From an uncultured archaeon (lineage in GTDB: Archaea > Aenigmatarchaeota > Aenigmatarchaeia > GW2011-AR5), in the NCBI GenBank assembly GCA_964373255.1, contig CAYJTG010000003.1, positions 25,759-89,758 of the forward strand: a DNA stretch of 64,000 nt, given 5' to 3'. This document shows positions 1-10,055 of the stretch, piece by piece. Below the pieces are notes generated by a model. That model was not told the origin of the DNA, did not search any database, and worked only from the letters and a program-made list of their open reading frames with translations. The position numbers and the translations under genes are program-made. Within the stretch, counting starts at the first letter, position 1. Every line of letters starts with the position of its first letter.

Positions 1-178
1 ATAGAATCAGAAAATAGCTTACAACAAAATAATACTTTGTTTTCTCAGATATTTATAGGAAGCAGACGTCCGATTTCTTTATAAGAAGCAACAATTAATT
101 AAGAGAGGGTTTAAAAGTAAACCAACGCTGCAAAACAGCGTTATATTCGTTTTCTCCCCTCCTAAATAAACTGAAGCA

Positions 179-1216
179 ATGTTTCAGTCGATTTGGAGGG
201 ATTTCATGGAACTGAAATATGAAAGAAATAACATATCAGACGTAAGCGACATCCAGCGACGATTCACCAATCCGGCACTCGCAGCCGTAGTATCGATAGA
301 AGCAGAACTTATGAAAGGCGCACGAAAGTACTTTGAAGAACAGAAATTCACAGAAGTTGTGGTGCCTCACATTACACGGGCAACAGGTGCGTGCGAGAAC
401 ATAGATACGATGTTTGGCATAAACTACTTTGGTGAAAGAGCCTATCTTGTGCAGACAGGACAGCTATATCTGGAGACGCTCATTCCAAAACTTGGCGGTG
501 TCTTCTGCATAGGACCAAGTTTCAGGGCAGAACCAGACGTGGATGAAAGGCACCTGACAGAATTTACTCTAATAGAATTTGAGCTGTCCTGCGACTTTTC
601 ACAGCTCTTGATTCATATAGAGAACACAATATACAGCATGGTTCACTCGGTATTGAAAAATAGGAAAGAAGAACTGGAATTATTAGGAACAGATACAGAA
701 CATCTAAAAAGAGCGACAGTCCCATTCAACAGAATAAAATATACAGATGCGATAAACCTGTTGAAGGAAGAGTTTAACGTAGAATGGGGTGATGACCTGA
801 AGAGCAACCATGAAAAATTTATCGTGCACGAGCTTGGTGACAGACCAACATTCATAACACATTATCCGGAGGCGATAAAGTTCTTCAACATGAAAAGAAA
901 CGAGGATAACGAAAAAATAGTCAACAGCGCAGACCTTATCTTGCCGTGCACCGGTGAAGCCGTCGGATCTGCGCAGCGCGAGCACGACTACGAACTTCTG
1001 TCAGGCAAGCTCAAAAAATCTAACATGCTGAAAATGCTGGAGGAACGGGGCGGCTCGATAGAGGATTTTAGATGGTACCTAGATTTTATCAGGAACAACG
1101 GGATTCAGCACTCTGGTTGTGGCATAGGTCTGAATCGCGTAACGCAATTCGTGCTGGCAAGCGGCGACATAAGAACAACAACAGCGTACCCGATGAACAG
1201 GGTGTCGCTGATGTAA
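179..1216 (+). CDS. Archaeal asparagine synthetase A-like protein. Class II aminoacyl-tRNA-synthetase catalytic core (AsnRS/AspRS-like) with no anticodon-binding domain.
   Basis: The 345-aa ORF shows class II aaRS motifs (FRAEP motif 2-like; GxGxGxxR-like 'GCGIGLNRV' motif 3). It has no N-terminal OB anticodon domain. A more likely start is the Met at about 206 (MELKYER). Confidence 0.6.
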   Translation: MFQSIWRDFMELKYERNNISDVSDIQRRFTNPALAAVVSIEAELMKGARKYFEEQKFTEVVVPHITRATGACENIDTMFGINYFGERAYLVQTGQLYLETLIPKLGGVFCIGPSFRAEPDVDERHLTEFTLIEFELSCDFSQLLIHIENTIYSMVHSVLKNRKEELELLGTDTEHLKRATVPFNRIKYTDAINLLKEEFNVEWGDDLKSNHEKFIVHELGDRPTFITHYPEAIKFFNMKRNEDNEKIVNSADLILPCTGEAVGSAQREHDYELLSGKLKKSNMLKMLEERGGSIEDFRWYLDFIRNNGIQHSGCGIGLNRVTQFVLASGDIRTTTAYPMNRVSLM

Positions 1217-1236
1217 TCTGCAAGAGAAAAAGTAAA

Positions 1237-1512
1237 TTACACAAGGCTTACAATTCCCTTGTACATGAAAAACAGGAAAAGAATAGTTGATGCTGTGCCT
1301 CCTAGATTTATGCCAAAAAATATTACGATACCTGCAAAAATATCGGCTGCCCCGTAGATTTTCGCGGTTATATCCCCAACAAGGCTCATAAGGCCTTTGA
1401 TAAACATTATGACCAGTATAATTATCGCAAGTGGCGGCTGGAAATTAAAAAGTATCATAATACCGACAAGAATATCTATGGCTCCTAGAAATTTTATGAA
1501 CATATTTATCAC
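1237..1512 (-). CDS. Small hydrophobic membrane protein with three predicted TM helices, function unknown.
   Basis: The 91-aa ORF is almost entirely hydrophobic. The ORF track starts it on a GTG; an in-frame ATG follows at about 1503. Confidence 0.4.
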   Translation of the reverse strand: MINMFIKFLGAIDILVGIMILFNFQPPLAIIILVIMFIKGLMSLVGDITAKIYGAADIFAGIVIFFGINLGGTASTILFLFFMYKGIVSLV

Positions 1513-1524
1513 TACGCCTCTCTA

Positions 1525-1721
1525 GGCACTGTCAACTTAACGGCTGTTGAAACAAACTGACGCACTAAAGTGCGTCTATCTGCTTTGGCAACAGCCTTTT
1601 CTGGGTGGTTAGCAATGGCTAACCACCCTTATAGCTAAACAAGAAAAGAATCAGGTATTATATTTCTTGTTTGCTATAATATCCAGATTATTTACTTGCT
1701 TCATAATAAGTTGACAGTGCC
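1525..1721. mobile_element. MITE-like non-autonomous element, copy 1 (about 197 bp). Flanked by 12-bp terminal inverted repeats GGCACTGTCAAC / GTTGACAGTGCC. Internal perfect hairpins.
   Basis: TIRs at 1525-1536 and 1710-1721. Positions 1537-1636 are about 95% identical to 56073-56168. Flanking direct repeat CTCTCTA (1518-1524 and 1724-1730). Internal hairpins GACGCAC-taaa-GTGCGTC and GGTGGTTAGC-aatg-GCTAACCACC. Confidence 0.55.
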
Positions 1722-1727
1722 GTCTCT

Positions 1728-2402
1728 CTATAATGAAAATTTTCCCACACCCTTTAGGTTGCTGCCTGTTATCTCAAACTCCACGCTCCGCCCCTCTGGC
1801 AGGCTTCTATGTTTCCTTAGTATAGCAATTCTATGGTTCTCCTTCTCCAGTTTTTTCAGCTCTATAAGCGTCTTGCTCCAGTACTTTGCAATTGTCCTGC
1901 TTGTCAGTTCTATCCTGTCGCCCGCGCTGTATACTTGGTTTGTAACAAGAATAGGGATGCCGTATTTGCGTGTTATTCTCGAAAGAATGGAGTACTGAGT
2001 TGCCAGCTGCTTGTTTACTTTCTGAAAGTTTGTGTCATCCAGTTCTAGCCGGTACAAAGCCACAAGAGAATCAACGATGATCACGCCAATTTTTTTCTCC
2101 TTCTCCACGACACTTTCAAACTCATGCATCTTGTCATTTTGTTCCTTCCAGTCGTGGACGTGTACCATAATTATGTTTTTGAGGTCCTTTTCTGTACCGC
2201 CAAGCTGCGTGAAGCGTTCGAGAGAAAATGATCCCTCGGTGTCCATGTAAATTACCTTCTTGTCCTTCAGGCAGCTCAACGACGTGATAAGTGCTATGTT
2301 TGTCTTACCAGACCCGGCTGGTCCATATACGTTTGTTATTGCGTCCAGCTCAAGCCCGCCGCCAAGAAGCTTATCCAATGGAGAGTTAGTGGGAAGTCTC
2401 AT
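1728..2402 (-). CDS. radB: DNA repair and recombination protein RadB (short archaeal RecA/RadA paralog).
   Basis: 224 aa. Walker A motif GPAGSGKT. The RadB-typical N-terminal 'LDKLLGGGLE' is present. There is no N-terminal HhH domain. Confidence 0.85.
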   Translation of the reverse strand: MRLPTNSPLDKLLGGGLELDAITNVYGPAGSGKTNIALITSLSCLKDKKVIYMDTEGSFSLERFTQLGGTEKDLKNIIMVHVHDWKEQNDKMHEFESVVEKEKKIGVIIVDSLVALYRLELDDTNFQKVNKQLATQYSILSRITRKYGIPILVTNQVYSAGDRIELTSRTIAKYWSKTLIELKKLEKENHRIAILRKHRSLPEGRSVEFEITGSNLKGVGKFSL

Positions 2403-2455
2403 GCTAAAAGTAAACTACAAATGGATTAAAATCCATTTGTAGGCGCAGGCGTGAA

Positions 2456-3082
2456 TTGTATCGTCTGCGGGCGAGCAGAAAGGGCGATATTAGTGCTTTA
2501 AAGATACATGAGTTAATTCTGAATATGCCAAACTTCTATTTTGACATAGAAACTACTGGTTTGGATCCTAAAGACCATAAGATAATAACAATACAGTTCA
2601 TGGAACTGGATTCTATAACATCCAAGCCAAAGGGAGAGTTGATTATACTAAAAGAATGGGAATCCTCGGAAAGAGATATGCTAAAAGAATTCATTGAACG
2701 TTCCAGAATAACAGACGATTACCCGTTTTCTTTTGTCCCCGTTGGCTATAACCTGAAATTCGAGCATAATTTTTTGATAGAAAGGACAAGGGTAAACAAA
2801 TTACAGGTTGTAGATATTTTGAAAAGACCTTTCATAGATTTGATACCTTTTGGAATAGTGATGAACAAAGGTCAGTTCAAGGGGTCAGGGTTAGACAAGA
2901 TAACAGGAAAGAATCGAGAAGGCAGCGTAATACCTAATTGGTATGACAAAAAGAACTATGACGAAATAATAAAATACATACAGAATGAGGCTGAAGAATT
3001 TGTTAAATTTTCTTCTTGGTTATACAAAGAGCTTCCACCAATGCTCAACAAATTCAAGAAAGAGCATGGAATAAATAAATAG
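2456..3082 (+). CDS. DnaQ-like (DEDD superfamily) 3'-5' exonuclease domain protein, YprB / RNase_H_2-like.
   Basis: Exo I motif 'YFDIETTGLDP'. Exo II-like motif 'GYNLKFEHNFL'. 208 aa. Confidence 0.55.
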   Translation: MYRLRASRKGDISALKIHELILNMPNFYFDIETTGLDPKDHKIITIQFMELDSITSKPKGELIILKEWESSERDMLKEFIERSRITDDYPFSFVPVGYNLKFEHNFLIERTRVNKLQVVDILKRPFIDLIPFGIVMNKGQFKGSGLDKITGKNREGSVIPNWYDKKNYDEIIKYIQNEAEEFVKFSSWLYKELPPMLNKFKKEHGINK

Positions 3083-3175
3083 TAAAATTAAACCCGAAAC
3101 TTTAACACAGTGTGTCCGTAACACTTAAATACTTTTAGTATATCATATTACACTAACTAATCTATCCAAGGTGTC

Positions 3176-3520
3176 TTGTGCATGAGAATCGAAATAAGAA
3201 AAAACGGTATGCCCGTTGCAATTGTTACGTTTCATACAAATCCAGAACGCTTCGACTCTGACTACGAAAGAATAAAATTCTTCAAGGAACTGCACGGATG
3301 GAAGCAGACCGTGCCAAAAAACGGTAAGAAGTATCTCTATCACAGGTCTGGTCTGCTGGATGAGGTGCCCCACATCAAGCTGGCCGACTCGGCATTTTTG
3401 ATAGCTATGGAGAACATGGAACGTGTAAGAAAATATTTTGAGGAGTGGTCCGACAAGGTGGAATGTGAGATGCTCCAGGTCATGATGAACGACAGAAAAA
3501 AGCTCGAGCAGTTGATGTGA
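3176..3520 (+). CDS. Hypothetical protein, 114 aa.
   Basis: ORF sits in the gap between the exonuclease gene and cdc48. I recognise no motifs. Confidence 0.35.
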   Translation: MCMRIEIRKNGMPVAIVTFHTNPERFDSDYERIKFFKELHGWKQTVPKNGKKYLYHRSGLLDEVPHIKLADSAFLIAMENMERVRKYFEEWSDKVECEMLQVMMNDRKKLEQLM

Positions 3521-3573
3521 TTTAGTATATTAAGGTGTTAATGACAAAATAAGTCATAAATAGTTCGTAACGG

Positions 3574-5868
3574 TTGGTGTTTTTTATGCCCAACAATGAG
3601 AAAGAAGACGAAGCCATGCTGAAGGTCGGCGAATTGACAGAGCGTGGCGACTTCGGCCGTGGCATTGCTAGAATATCTGCAAAGGACATGAAAAAAATAG
3701 GCGTCAGCGAAGGCGATGTCATTGAGATGGAAGGCAAAAGAAAGACCGGTGCCATAGCTGTCCGTGCTTATCCTGTTGACGTTGGTCTCGATGTCGTGAG
3801 AATGGATGGACTTGCCAGAAGGAACTGTGGTGCAGGCATTGGTGAGATTGTTAAAATAAGAAAGTCCGATGTGAAGGAAGCAAAATCCGTGACTATTGCA
3901 CCGGCTCGCAAAGGCATAATAATTCACATGGGCGGAAACCTGCTGAAACAGAACCTTCTGATGAGACCACTAGCTACGGGCGACATCATAATTCCTAATC
4001 CTATTGTACAGGATCGGAGGTCACAGACAACACTATTTGAGCAGTTCTTTGGCGTCGATTTCGGCGATTTTCTATTTACACCATTCGGCGAAGAGAAGTT
4101 CGCTGTTGTGAGCACCGAGCCAAAAGGTATTGTGCGCGTGACAAGGTCGACAGACGTTGAGCTGCTGCCACAGGCTACAAGGCCCATGGAGGAAGAGAAG
4201 ATCCCCGAGGTCACATACGAAGATTTGGGCGGGCTGCACGAGGAGATAAAAAAGGTTCGCGAAATGATTGAGCTGCCGTTGAAGCACCCTGAGCTCTTTG
4301 AACGTCTTGGTATCGAGCCGCCTAGGGGTATTCTATTACACGGCCCGCCAGGAACCGGCAAGACACTTTTGGCAAAGGCTGTTGCAAATGAGAGCGGCGC
4401 GAAATTTTTTGTTATTAATGGTCCGGAGGTAATGTCAAAATTTTACGGCGAGTCGGAGGAAAATCTTCGTAAGATATTTGAGCAGGGTGAAAAAAATGCG
4501 CCGAGCATAATTTTTATCGATGAAATAGACTCCATCGCGCCTAAGCGCGAGGAAGTCAAGGGCGAGGTTGAGAAAAGAGTTGTTTCACAGCTGCTCACGC
4601 TTCTGGACGGATTGAAATCCCGTGGAAAAATAATTGTCATCGGCGCGACAAACATACCGAATTCGATCGACCCCGCACTAAGAAGGCCGGGACGATTTGA
4701 CCGTGAAATTGAATTAGGCGTGCCCAACAAGGACGGAAGAAAGGAGATTTTGCAGATCCACACAAGGGGCATGCCGCTCGCAAAGAACGTCGAGCTTGAT
4801 AAAATATCTGAAATAACTTATGGCTATGTTGGTGCAGACCTTGCGGCGTTGAGCAAGGAAGCTGCGATGCACGCCCTCAGGCGCGTATTGCCGGACGTAA
4901 GCGCCATAAAAGATGACAAACCAATACCCATAGACATACTAAAAAAGCTCATTGTAACAAAAGAGGATTTTGACCACGCACTAAAGATTGTTGAGCCTTC
5001 TGCGATGAGAGAAGTACTTATCGAGATACCCAACGTAAAGTGGGATGACATAGGCGGACTGGAAGACGTCAAGAAGCTGTTAAAAGAAACCATTGAGTGG
5101 CCGCTTAAATATCCTGATTCGTACGTAAGACTGGGTATAAAACCACCCGCGGGCGTACTTTTATACGGGCCTCCCGGAACTGGAAAGACACTCCTTGCAA
5201 AAGCCGTGGCTAATGAAAGCGGCGCCAACTTTATTTCTGTTAAAGGGCCTGAACTTTTGTCCATGTACGTAGGCGAGAGTGAAAAGCACGTTCGTGAGGT
5301 TTTCAGGCGTGCAAAGCAGGTTGCACCCTGCGTAATATTTCTTGACGAAGTTGATTCTCTTGTACCAAGAAGAGGTACGTCGAACGACAGCCATGTAACT
5401 GAACGTGTTGTTTCGCAGCTCTTGGCAGAGATGTCAGGACTGGAAGATTTGCACGGTGTTATAGTTATCGCTGCGACGAATCGGCCTGACATTATAGACC
5501 CTGCGCTTCTAAGACCAGGTCGGCTAGACAGGCAGATACTTGTCCATACCCCTGACGATGCTGCAAGGCTGGAAATATTCAGGGTGCACACAAAATCTAT
5601 GCCACTTGCTTCTGATGTAGATATAAACGACGTAACAAGCCAAACAAAGGGCTTTTCAGGCGCAGACATAGAAGCCGTATGTCGTGAGGCTGCGTTGTTT
5701 GCGATGAGAAAAAACATAAGCACAGAGCAGGTAACAAGAAAAGATTTCGAACAGGCGCTGAAAGAAGTGAAGCCGTCTCTTACCGAAGAGATGAACCAGT
5801 TCTACGAGAGCATACTGAAGAAGAAAAAATCGCGCGTCATCGAGGAAGAAGTAAACTACATGGGATAA
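3574..5868 (+). CDS. cdc48: AAA+ ATPase Cdc48 / VAT (VCP-like ATPase). N-domain followed by tandem D1 and D2 AAA modules.
   Basis: Two Walker A motifs (GPPGTGKT, twice). Walker B DEID and DEVD. Both SRH regions present. 764 aa. Start possibly at about 3586 (MPNNEK). Confidence 0.92.
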   Translation: MVFFMPNNEKEDEAMLKVGELTERGDFGRGIARISAKDMKKIGVSEGDVIEMEGKRKTGAIAVRAYPVDVGLDVVRMDGLARRNCGAGIGEIVKIRKSDVKEAKSVTIAPARKGIIIHMGGNLLKQNLLMRPLATGDIIIPNPIVQDRRSQTTLFEQFFGVDFGDFLFTPFGEEKFAVVSTEPKGIVRVTRSTDVELLPQATRPMEEEKIPEVTYEDLGGLHEEIKKVREMIELPLKHPELFERLGIEPPRGILLHGPPGTGKTLLAKAVANESGAKFFVINGPEVMSKFYGESEENLRKIFEQGEKNAPSIIFIDEIDSIAPKREEVKGEVEKRVVSQLLTLLDGLKSRGKIIVIGATNIPNSIDPALRRPGRFDREIELGVPNKDGRKEILQIHTRGMPLAKNVELDKISEITYGYVGADLAALSKEAAMHALRRVLPDVSAIKDDKPIPIDILKKLIVTKEDFDHALKIVEPSAMREVLIEIPNVKWDDIGGLEDVKKLLKETIEWPLKYPDSYVRLGIKPPAGVLLYGPPGTGKTLLAKAVANESGANFISVKGPELLSMYVGESEKHVREVFRRAKQVAPCVIFLDEVDSLVPRRGTSNDSHVTERVVSQLLAEMSGLEDLHGVIVIAATNRPDIIDPALLRPGRLDRQILVHTPDDAARLEIFRVHTKSMPLASDVDINDVTSQTKGFSGADIEAVCREAALFAMRKNISTEQVTRKDFEQALKEVKPSLTEEMNQFYESILKKKKSRVIEEEVNYMG

Positions 5869-5944
5869 TGCTGCATTAAGGAACCTAAGGTTCCTTAGAA
5901 TCCAGACTTAATCCTCCTATTGAAAAATATTTTTTGTGTTTTGT

Positions 5945-6082
5945 ATGAAGTGCATGGTTTGCGAAAGGTCGACACTGTTTACTTATAAGATTCAAGACGT
6001 AGAGGCAGCTTTCTGCCCTGAACATTTGCCTAAACAGATGCAGAAAATCATGATAAAGATTGTAGCGTGCCACAGATTATAA
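5945..6082 (+). CDS. Possible small Zn-ribbon protein, 45 aa, with CxxC...CxxH.
   Basis: ATG at 5945, stop TAA at 6080-6082. Translation: MKCMVCERSTLFTYKIQDVEAAFCPEHLPKQ... It is below the 60-aa cutoff of the ORF track. Confidence 0.25.
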   Translation: MKCMVCERSTLFTYKIQDVEAAFCPEHLPKQMQKIMIKIVACHRL

Positions 6083-6148
6083 GCCAGTGCAACGCCCATC
6101 CGTTTTTATGGTTTTCACGCGTTTCTTGCAGGTTTTCAGAAGAAGTTT

Positions 6149-6682
6149 CTAACCTTTGTGGTACTTCCCCCAGACTTCGACAAACTTCACAAAGTTGTCT
6201 ATTATTTTGAGCCCGTCGCCGCCTGATTCTGGATTGAAGTGGACGCCGAAAAAGGGCTTTTTGGCCTCGCCGATTATTTTGAATTTATACTTTGAAGAAG
6301 AAGCAATGACACTAAAGTTATCTGGGACCTCATCGAATGCATGTGTGCTGTTTTGAATTACGGTAAAAACACGCTTTAAATCGAGAGTCAGTGGGCATGG
6401 GTGTTCTATCTTTACATGATCTGACTTTTCGAATTTGCCTTCTCTGGCTTTGGCACCGTAAGCCACACCAAGAAAAACATATCCGGCACCAATACCAAGC
6501 AGGGGCTTGTTTATTTTCTCAATAATTTTCATATTATCTTTCAAATGTTTCATATTGCCGTCGGAAAGAATAAACCCACCGGCCTTAGCATTCAGGGCGT
6601 CCTTCGGCTTCATGATTTCCTTCTGGCCGCGCACAAATCTTTCGACGTCAGCGCCTTTTCCATTATCAACAATTACAATCAT
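6149..6682 (-). CDS. Class I glutamine-amidotransferase-like protein resembling GMP synthase subunit A. The catalytic Cys and its neighbouring His are substituted, so it is a predicted pseudo-amidotransferase.
   Basis: N-terminal 'MIVIVDNG' and C-terminal 'FGVHFNPE' match the GuaA-A fold. The nucleophile elbow reads 'LLGIGAGYVFLG', where canonical GuaA-A has 'ILGICLGHQLI'. That is Cys to Gly and His to Tyr. Confidence 0.65.
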   Translation of the reverse strand: MIVIVDNGKGADVERFVRGQKEIMKPKDALNAKAGGFILSDGNMKHLKDNMKIIEKINKPLLGIGAGYVFLGVAYGAKAREGKFEKSDHVKIEHPCPLTLDLKRVFTVIQNSTHAFDEVPDNFSVIASSSKYKFKIIGEAKKPFFGVHFNPESGGDGLKIIDNFVKFVEVWGKYHKG

Positions 6683-6745
6683 GAAATCATCTACTTTTTA
6701 TTAGTTAGCATAACCTTTTTATACATACTGTACGTCTTTTGCTGC

Positions 6746-7630
6746 CTATTTTGTCAGTATTATCGGCGGGTCGCTTATTATCAAAGTGTGTTCGGCCTGC
6801 GACACCATGCCGCCCTTTATCTCGCGCAGCACATTGTAGTCGTGAACAATACCGCGCTCTCTCAGTTCGCGAAGTGCTATCCTTACCTTGAATAATGAAT
6901 CTATCGGTATCCAACGCTCGGCGAAAGGCAGGCCGTTAAATGAATCGGCAAAATCTATTATCTTTCTTGCATCTGGATTTCTTACTGGCCTTTTTTCTAT
7001 TAGTGAGAATATGAAAACATTCTCAGAATCTTTTACAGCACCGCCGCCGTCAGTGGCAAATGGCTCTATGGCGATTACCTGGTTTTCTTTCAAACGGTAA
7101 TTGCTGCTGAAAGAAACGTTTGGAATGGTCGGTTCTGTGTGCAGGTCGTAGCGATTTATGCCGTGCCCTGTCAGATTGCTGACAGGTTTGAATCCGAAAC
7201 CTTTTATTGTCTCTTCTATTGTGAGCGCTATATCAGAAATCAGGATGTCTGGCACTGCTATTTTGACTGCTTCTTCCAGAGCCGTCTCTGCTGCTTTCAC
7301 CAAATCATCGTAGTCTTTGTTAAAATTTATCGTAACCGCCGTATCTCCAACGTAACCATCTACGTGGACGCCAACGTCAAGTTTCACTATACTGTTTTCC
7401 TTTATCACGTCGGTATCGTTTTTGGTCGGTGTGTGGTGTGCGGCTATATCGTTTATGGAGATGTTCACAGGAAAAGCCGGCTCCCCGCCTTTCTCTCGTA
7501 TGAGCGCCTCTATTTTTTCAGCGATATCAATTAGTCTTTCATTAACATCTACTATATTCCTGCTCGTCTCTCTGACTTCGGCGGCTATCTTGCCAGCCTT
7601 AATGTACTTTTCCATCACGTCTTTTTCCAT
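6746..7630 (-). CDS. map: Methionine aminopeptidase, type 2 (archaeal/eukaryotic type).
   Basis: 294 aa. The pita-bread fold metal ligand pattern is present (D..D..H..E..E context: 'VHVDGYVGDTA', 'HGINRYDLHTEP', 'IAIEPF'). Confidence 0.88.
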   Translation of the reverse strand: MEKDVMEKYIKAGKIAAEVRETSRNIVDVNERLIDIAEKIEALIREKGGEPAFPVNISINDIAAHHTPTKNDTDVIKENSIVKLDVGVHVDGYVGDTAVTINFNKDYDDLVKAAETALEEAVKIAVPDILISDIALTIEETIKGFGFKPVSNLTGHGINRYDLHTEPTIPNVSFSSNYRLKENQVIAIEPFATDGGGAVKDSENVFIFSLIEKRPVRNPDARKIIDFADSFNGLPFAERWIPIDSLFKVRIALRELRERGIVHDYNVLREIKGGMVSQAEHTLIISDPPIILTK

Positions 7631-7663
7631 GTGATTAATTCTGAGAAGAAGCTTAAATTCTTT

Positions 7664-8917
7664 CTAATGCCGTGAGTTGATTAATTCTTGCAGATTTTTG
7701 TAACCGTCTTTTTTGATGTATTTTGAAACGCCTTTCATCATTTTTTGTGCCAGTCCTAATCCGTAAAACGTGTACGGCGTATAGCCTTCTATTGCGTCTG
7801 CGCCTTGCAGAAAAGTTTCATAAGCGTCCCTGCCGTCAGATATCCCGCCAGTCGCGAATATTATTGTTTCTGGAAACGCCTCTCTTGTATCTCTTACTGC
7901 CCTACGTCTGTACTTTCTTAGAAATCGCCCACTTTTGCCTGCAGTTGCATAACCCCATTTCTCTGCTGGGACATTTTCCTTTTGAACCATGTAAGTATTG
8001 ACTGCTGTAACACCATCACCACCGCCCTTCATCCAACCTTCAACAAGCCTTAGCCATTCTTGCCTGCCTTCTGGCTCGTAGGGTCCCATCTTTACCTGTA
8101 ATAATTTATTTTTTATATATTTTCTTATCATTCTTGCATATTTCTCAAAAATATCTGGCCTGCGAAGCATTGACAGGGACTTCGTATTTGGTGAGAACGG
8201 GTTATACTCAAAGCCAGCTGCGTATGGATTAAAATCGTGAACAAGCACTTCAGCATCATTGTACGCATTCTCGAGCGCATTTTCTATTTCTGTATCTGGT
8301 ATATCTGCGAATTCTTTGTAGCGTATGATATTGGCAGTAGATTCTATTATCACCCTGTTTTTGTTTGGAGCAAAAGAATTTTTACCTTCTTCCTTAATAA
8401 CGTACGGCAAACCACATATGTTTGCAATTATAGGTTTTTTGGGTGCTTCTGAACTCTGATATTTGTTGAGGTTCTTTAGAGCATGGTCTTCACCCATAGA
8501 AGGAAAGCCTTGTGCATTGTATGCATTTTTATTTTTTACATCAACCGCAACCCTTGGTCTGTCATTGCCATCTCTTCTGTCAATTACAAATGTTCCCTTT
8601 GTAAGAAATCCAAATATATAAGAGAGCGGAATAATGGCATCTGCGTTCTTGTCCAAGCCCGCCGCAGTACCGAATGGCTGCATTCTTATGCCTTTGACAT
8701 CAACGGCAAGTTCTGGAAAATCAAAACAACTATTGTGAGCATCTATGACATTTGAATATTTACTGAGCATTTGTAATGCATGTTCATGAACCGCTTCCGG
8801 ATCTTTGTATCTTCTGTAAAGTTCCTTGCGCACAAAATTCTTGAAGAACCAAGGGCTGTGCAGAGAAATATGCATGCCTAGTTTTTCTATTGTCGTGCGC
8901 ATATTTGTAAAATTCAA
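7664..8917 (-). CDS. pyrD: Dihydroorotate dehydrogenase, class 2-like.
   Basis: N-terminal 'FVRKELYRRYKDPEAVHEHA' and 'FGTAAGLDKNADAI...RPRV' match class-2 DHODH. The Ser-containing 'NPFSPNT' is present. C-terminal 'IFATGGISDGRDAYETFLQGADAIEGYTPYTFYG' is the FMN-binding end. The middle region is divergent. Confidence 0.6.
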   Translation of the reverse strand: MNFTNMRTTIEKLGMHISLHSPWFFKNFVRKELYRRYKDPEAVHEHALQMLSKYSNVIDAHNSCFDFPELAVDVKGIRMQPFGTAAGLDKNADAIIPLSYIFGFLTKGTFVIDRRDGNDRPRVAVDVKNKNAYNAQGFPSMGEDHALKNLNKYQSSEAPKKPIIANICGLPYVIKEEGKNSFAPNKNRVIIESTANIIRYKEFADIPDTEIENALENAYNDAEVLVHDFNPYAAGFEYNPFSPNTKSLSMLRRPDIFEKYARMIRKYIKNKLLQVKMGPYEPEGRQEWLRLVEGWMKGGGDGVTAVNTYMVQKENVPAEKWGYATAGKSGRFLRKYRRRAVRDTREAFPETIIFATGGISDGRDAYETFLQGADAIEGYTPYTFYGLGLAQKMMKGVSKYIKKDGYKNLQELINSRH

Positions 8918-9031
8918 TGAAAAGTTTTTATAGGTGTTATAAAAATTTTGTGTGATTCTATGAAATTACAGGCGTGATTGGGCTTTTAACTTGTATAATC
9001 TTTTATACATAAGCTTTAATTTAATTGAAAG

Positions 9032-10054
9032 GTGACAACAATTCCTAGAAATTTTGCCGACAGACTTCTTGATGCAATAGATGAAAGACGGAACCCGAGT
9101 TGTGTAGGTCTTGATCCAACAATAACTGATATACCTGATCACATGAAACGTGCTGTAATTGAAGACTATAAAGTATACGAAATAGATCCTTACGAAAGAT
9201 TAGAAGTTCTATTTCAGGCGACCGGTGAAGTTCTGTTCAGATTCAATAAGGCTATAATTGATGCAACCCACGATATTGTTCCTGTATTCAAACCGAACAT
9301 TGCATTTTACGAATGCTATGGGCCTGAAGGCGAAAAGGCATTCTTAAGAACTTTAGAATACATAAAACAAAAAGGCACACTTGTAATAGCCGACGTGAAA
9401 AGAGAGGACATAGGAAAAACTGCAGGCTTCTACTCAAAAGGCTTTTTAGGAACTGTTGAGCTTATCGACGGAACTTCTATTTCTACTTTCAATGCAGATG
9501 CTGTTACATTAAGTCCTTACGTAGGTTCAGACAGCATTGGCGAATTTACAAAGGTTTGTGCAGAACATGGAAAAGGTGCATTTGTTCTTGACAAAACGTC
9601 CAATCCTTCTTCTGGCGAGTTGCAGGACATGAAATTTGATGATCGACACGGTGGAAGATTGATGTATGAACAGATGGCACTCCTAATAGATCAGTGGGGG
9701 CAACAGCTTAAGGGTGAGAGAGGTTACACATCGTTGGGCGCCGTAGTAGGCGCAATCTATCCAGAACCAGCAGCAAGATGTAGGGAAATGATGGAAAATG
9801 CTTTTATTCTTGTTCCAGCTTATGGAGCGCAAGGTGGCAAAGGCAAGGACACAATACCAAATTTCAATGAAGACGGTTACGGTGCTATTGTAAATAATGC
9901 TAGCAAACTAATATTTGCATACAAGGATGATCTATACAGACCAAAATTCAGTCCAGCCGAATTTGCTAAAGCAGCAAGAGAATCTGCTCTTGTAATGCGA
10001 GAAGACATAGTTGGTGCAATGCGTTCTTCTGGTCGAATACCTTCTGGGTGGTAG
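9032..10054 (+). CDS. pyrF: Orotidine-5'-phosphate decarboxylase, long type-2 form.
   Basis: 'NPSCVGLDPT' followed by 'VIADVKREDIGKTA', the OMPDC type-2 signature. 340 aa. Confidence 0.75.
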   Translation: MTTIPRNFADRLLDAIDERRNPSCVGLDPTITDIPDHMKRAVIEDYKVYEIDPYERLEVLFQATGEVLFRFNKAIIDATHDIVPVFKPNIAFYECYGPEGEKAFLRTLEYIKQKGTLVIADVKREDIGKTAGFYSKGFLGTVELIDGTSISTFNADAVTLSPYVGSDSIGEFTKVCAEHGKGAFVLDKTSNPSSGELQDMKFDDRHGGRLMYEQMALLIDQWGQQLKGERGYTSLGAVVGAIYPEPAARCREMMENAFILVPAYGAQGGKGKDTIPNFNEDGYGAIVNNASKLIFAYKDDLYRPKFSPAEFAKAARESALVMREDIVGAMRSSGRIPSGW

Positions 10055-10055
10055 A

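Noticed and set aside
4824-5723. 299-aa Ser/Thr-rich ORF on the minus strand.
   Set aside because: It is entirely antisense to the cdc48 coding region. Its low-complexity composition is typical of a shadow ORF opposite a GC-biased codon frame.
5885-6073. 62-aa ORF on the minus strand downstream of cdc48.
   Set aside because: No motifs. It overlaps the more plausible plus-strand Zn-ribbon ORF. Likely spurious.
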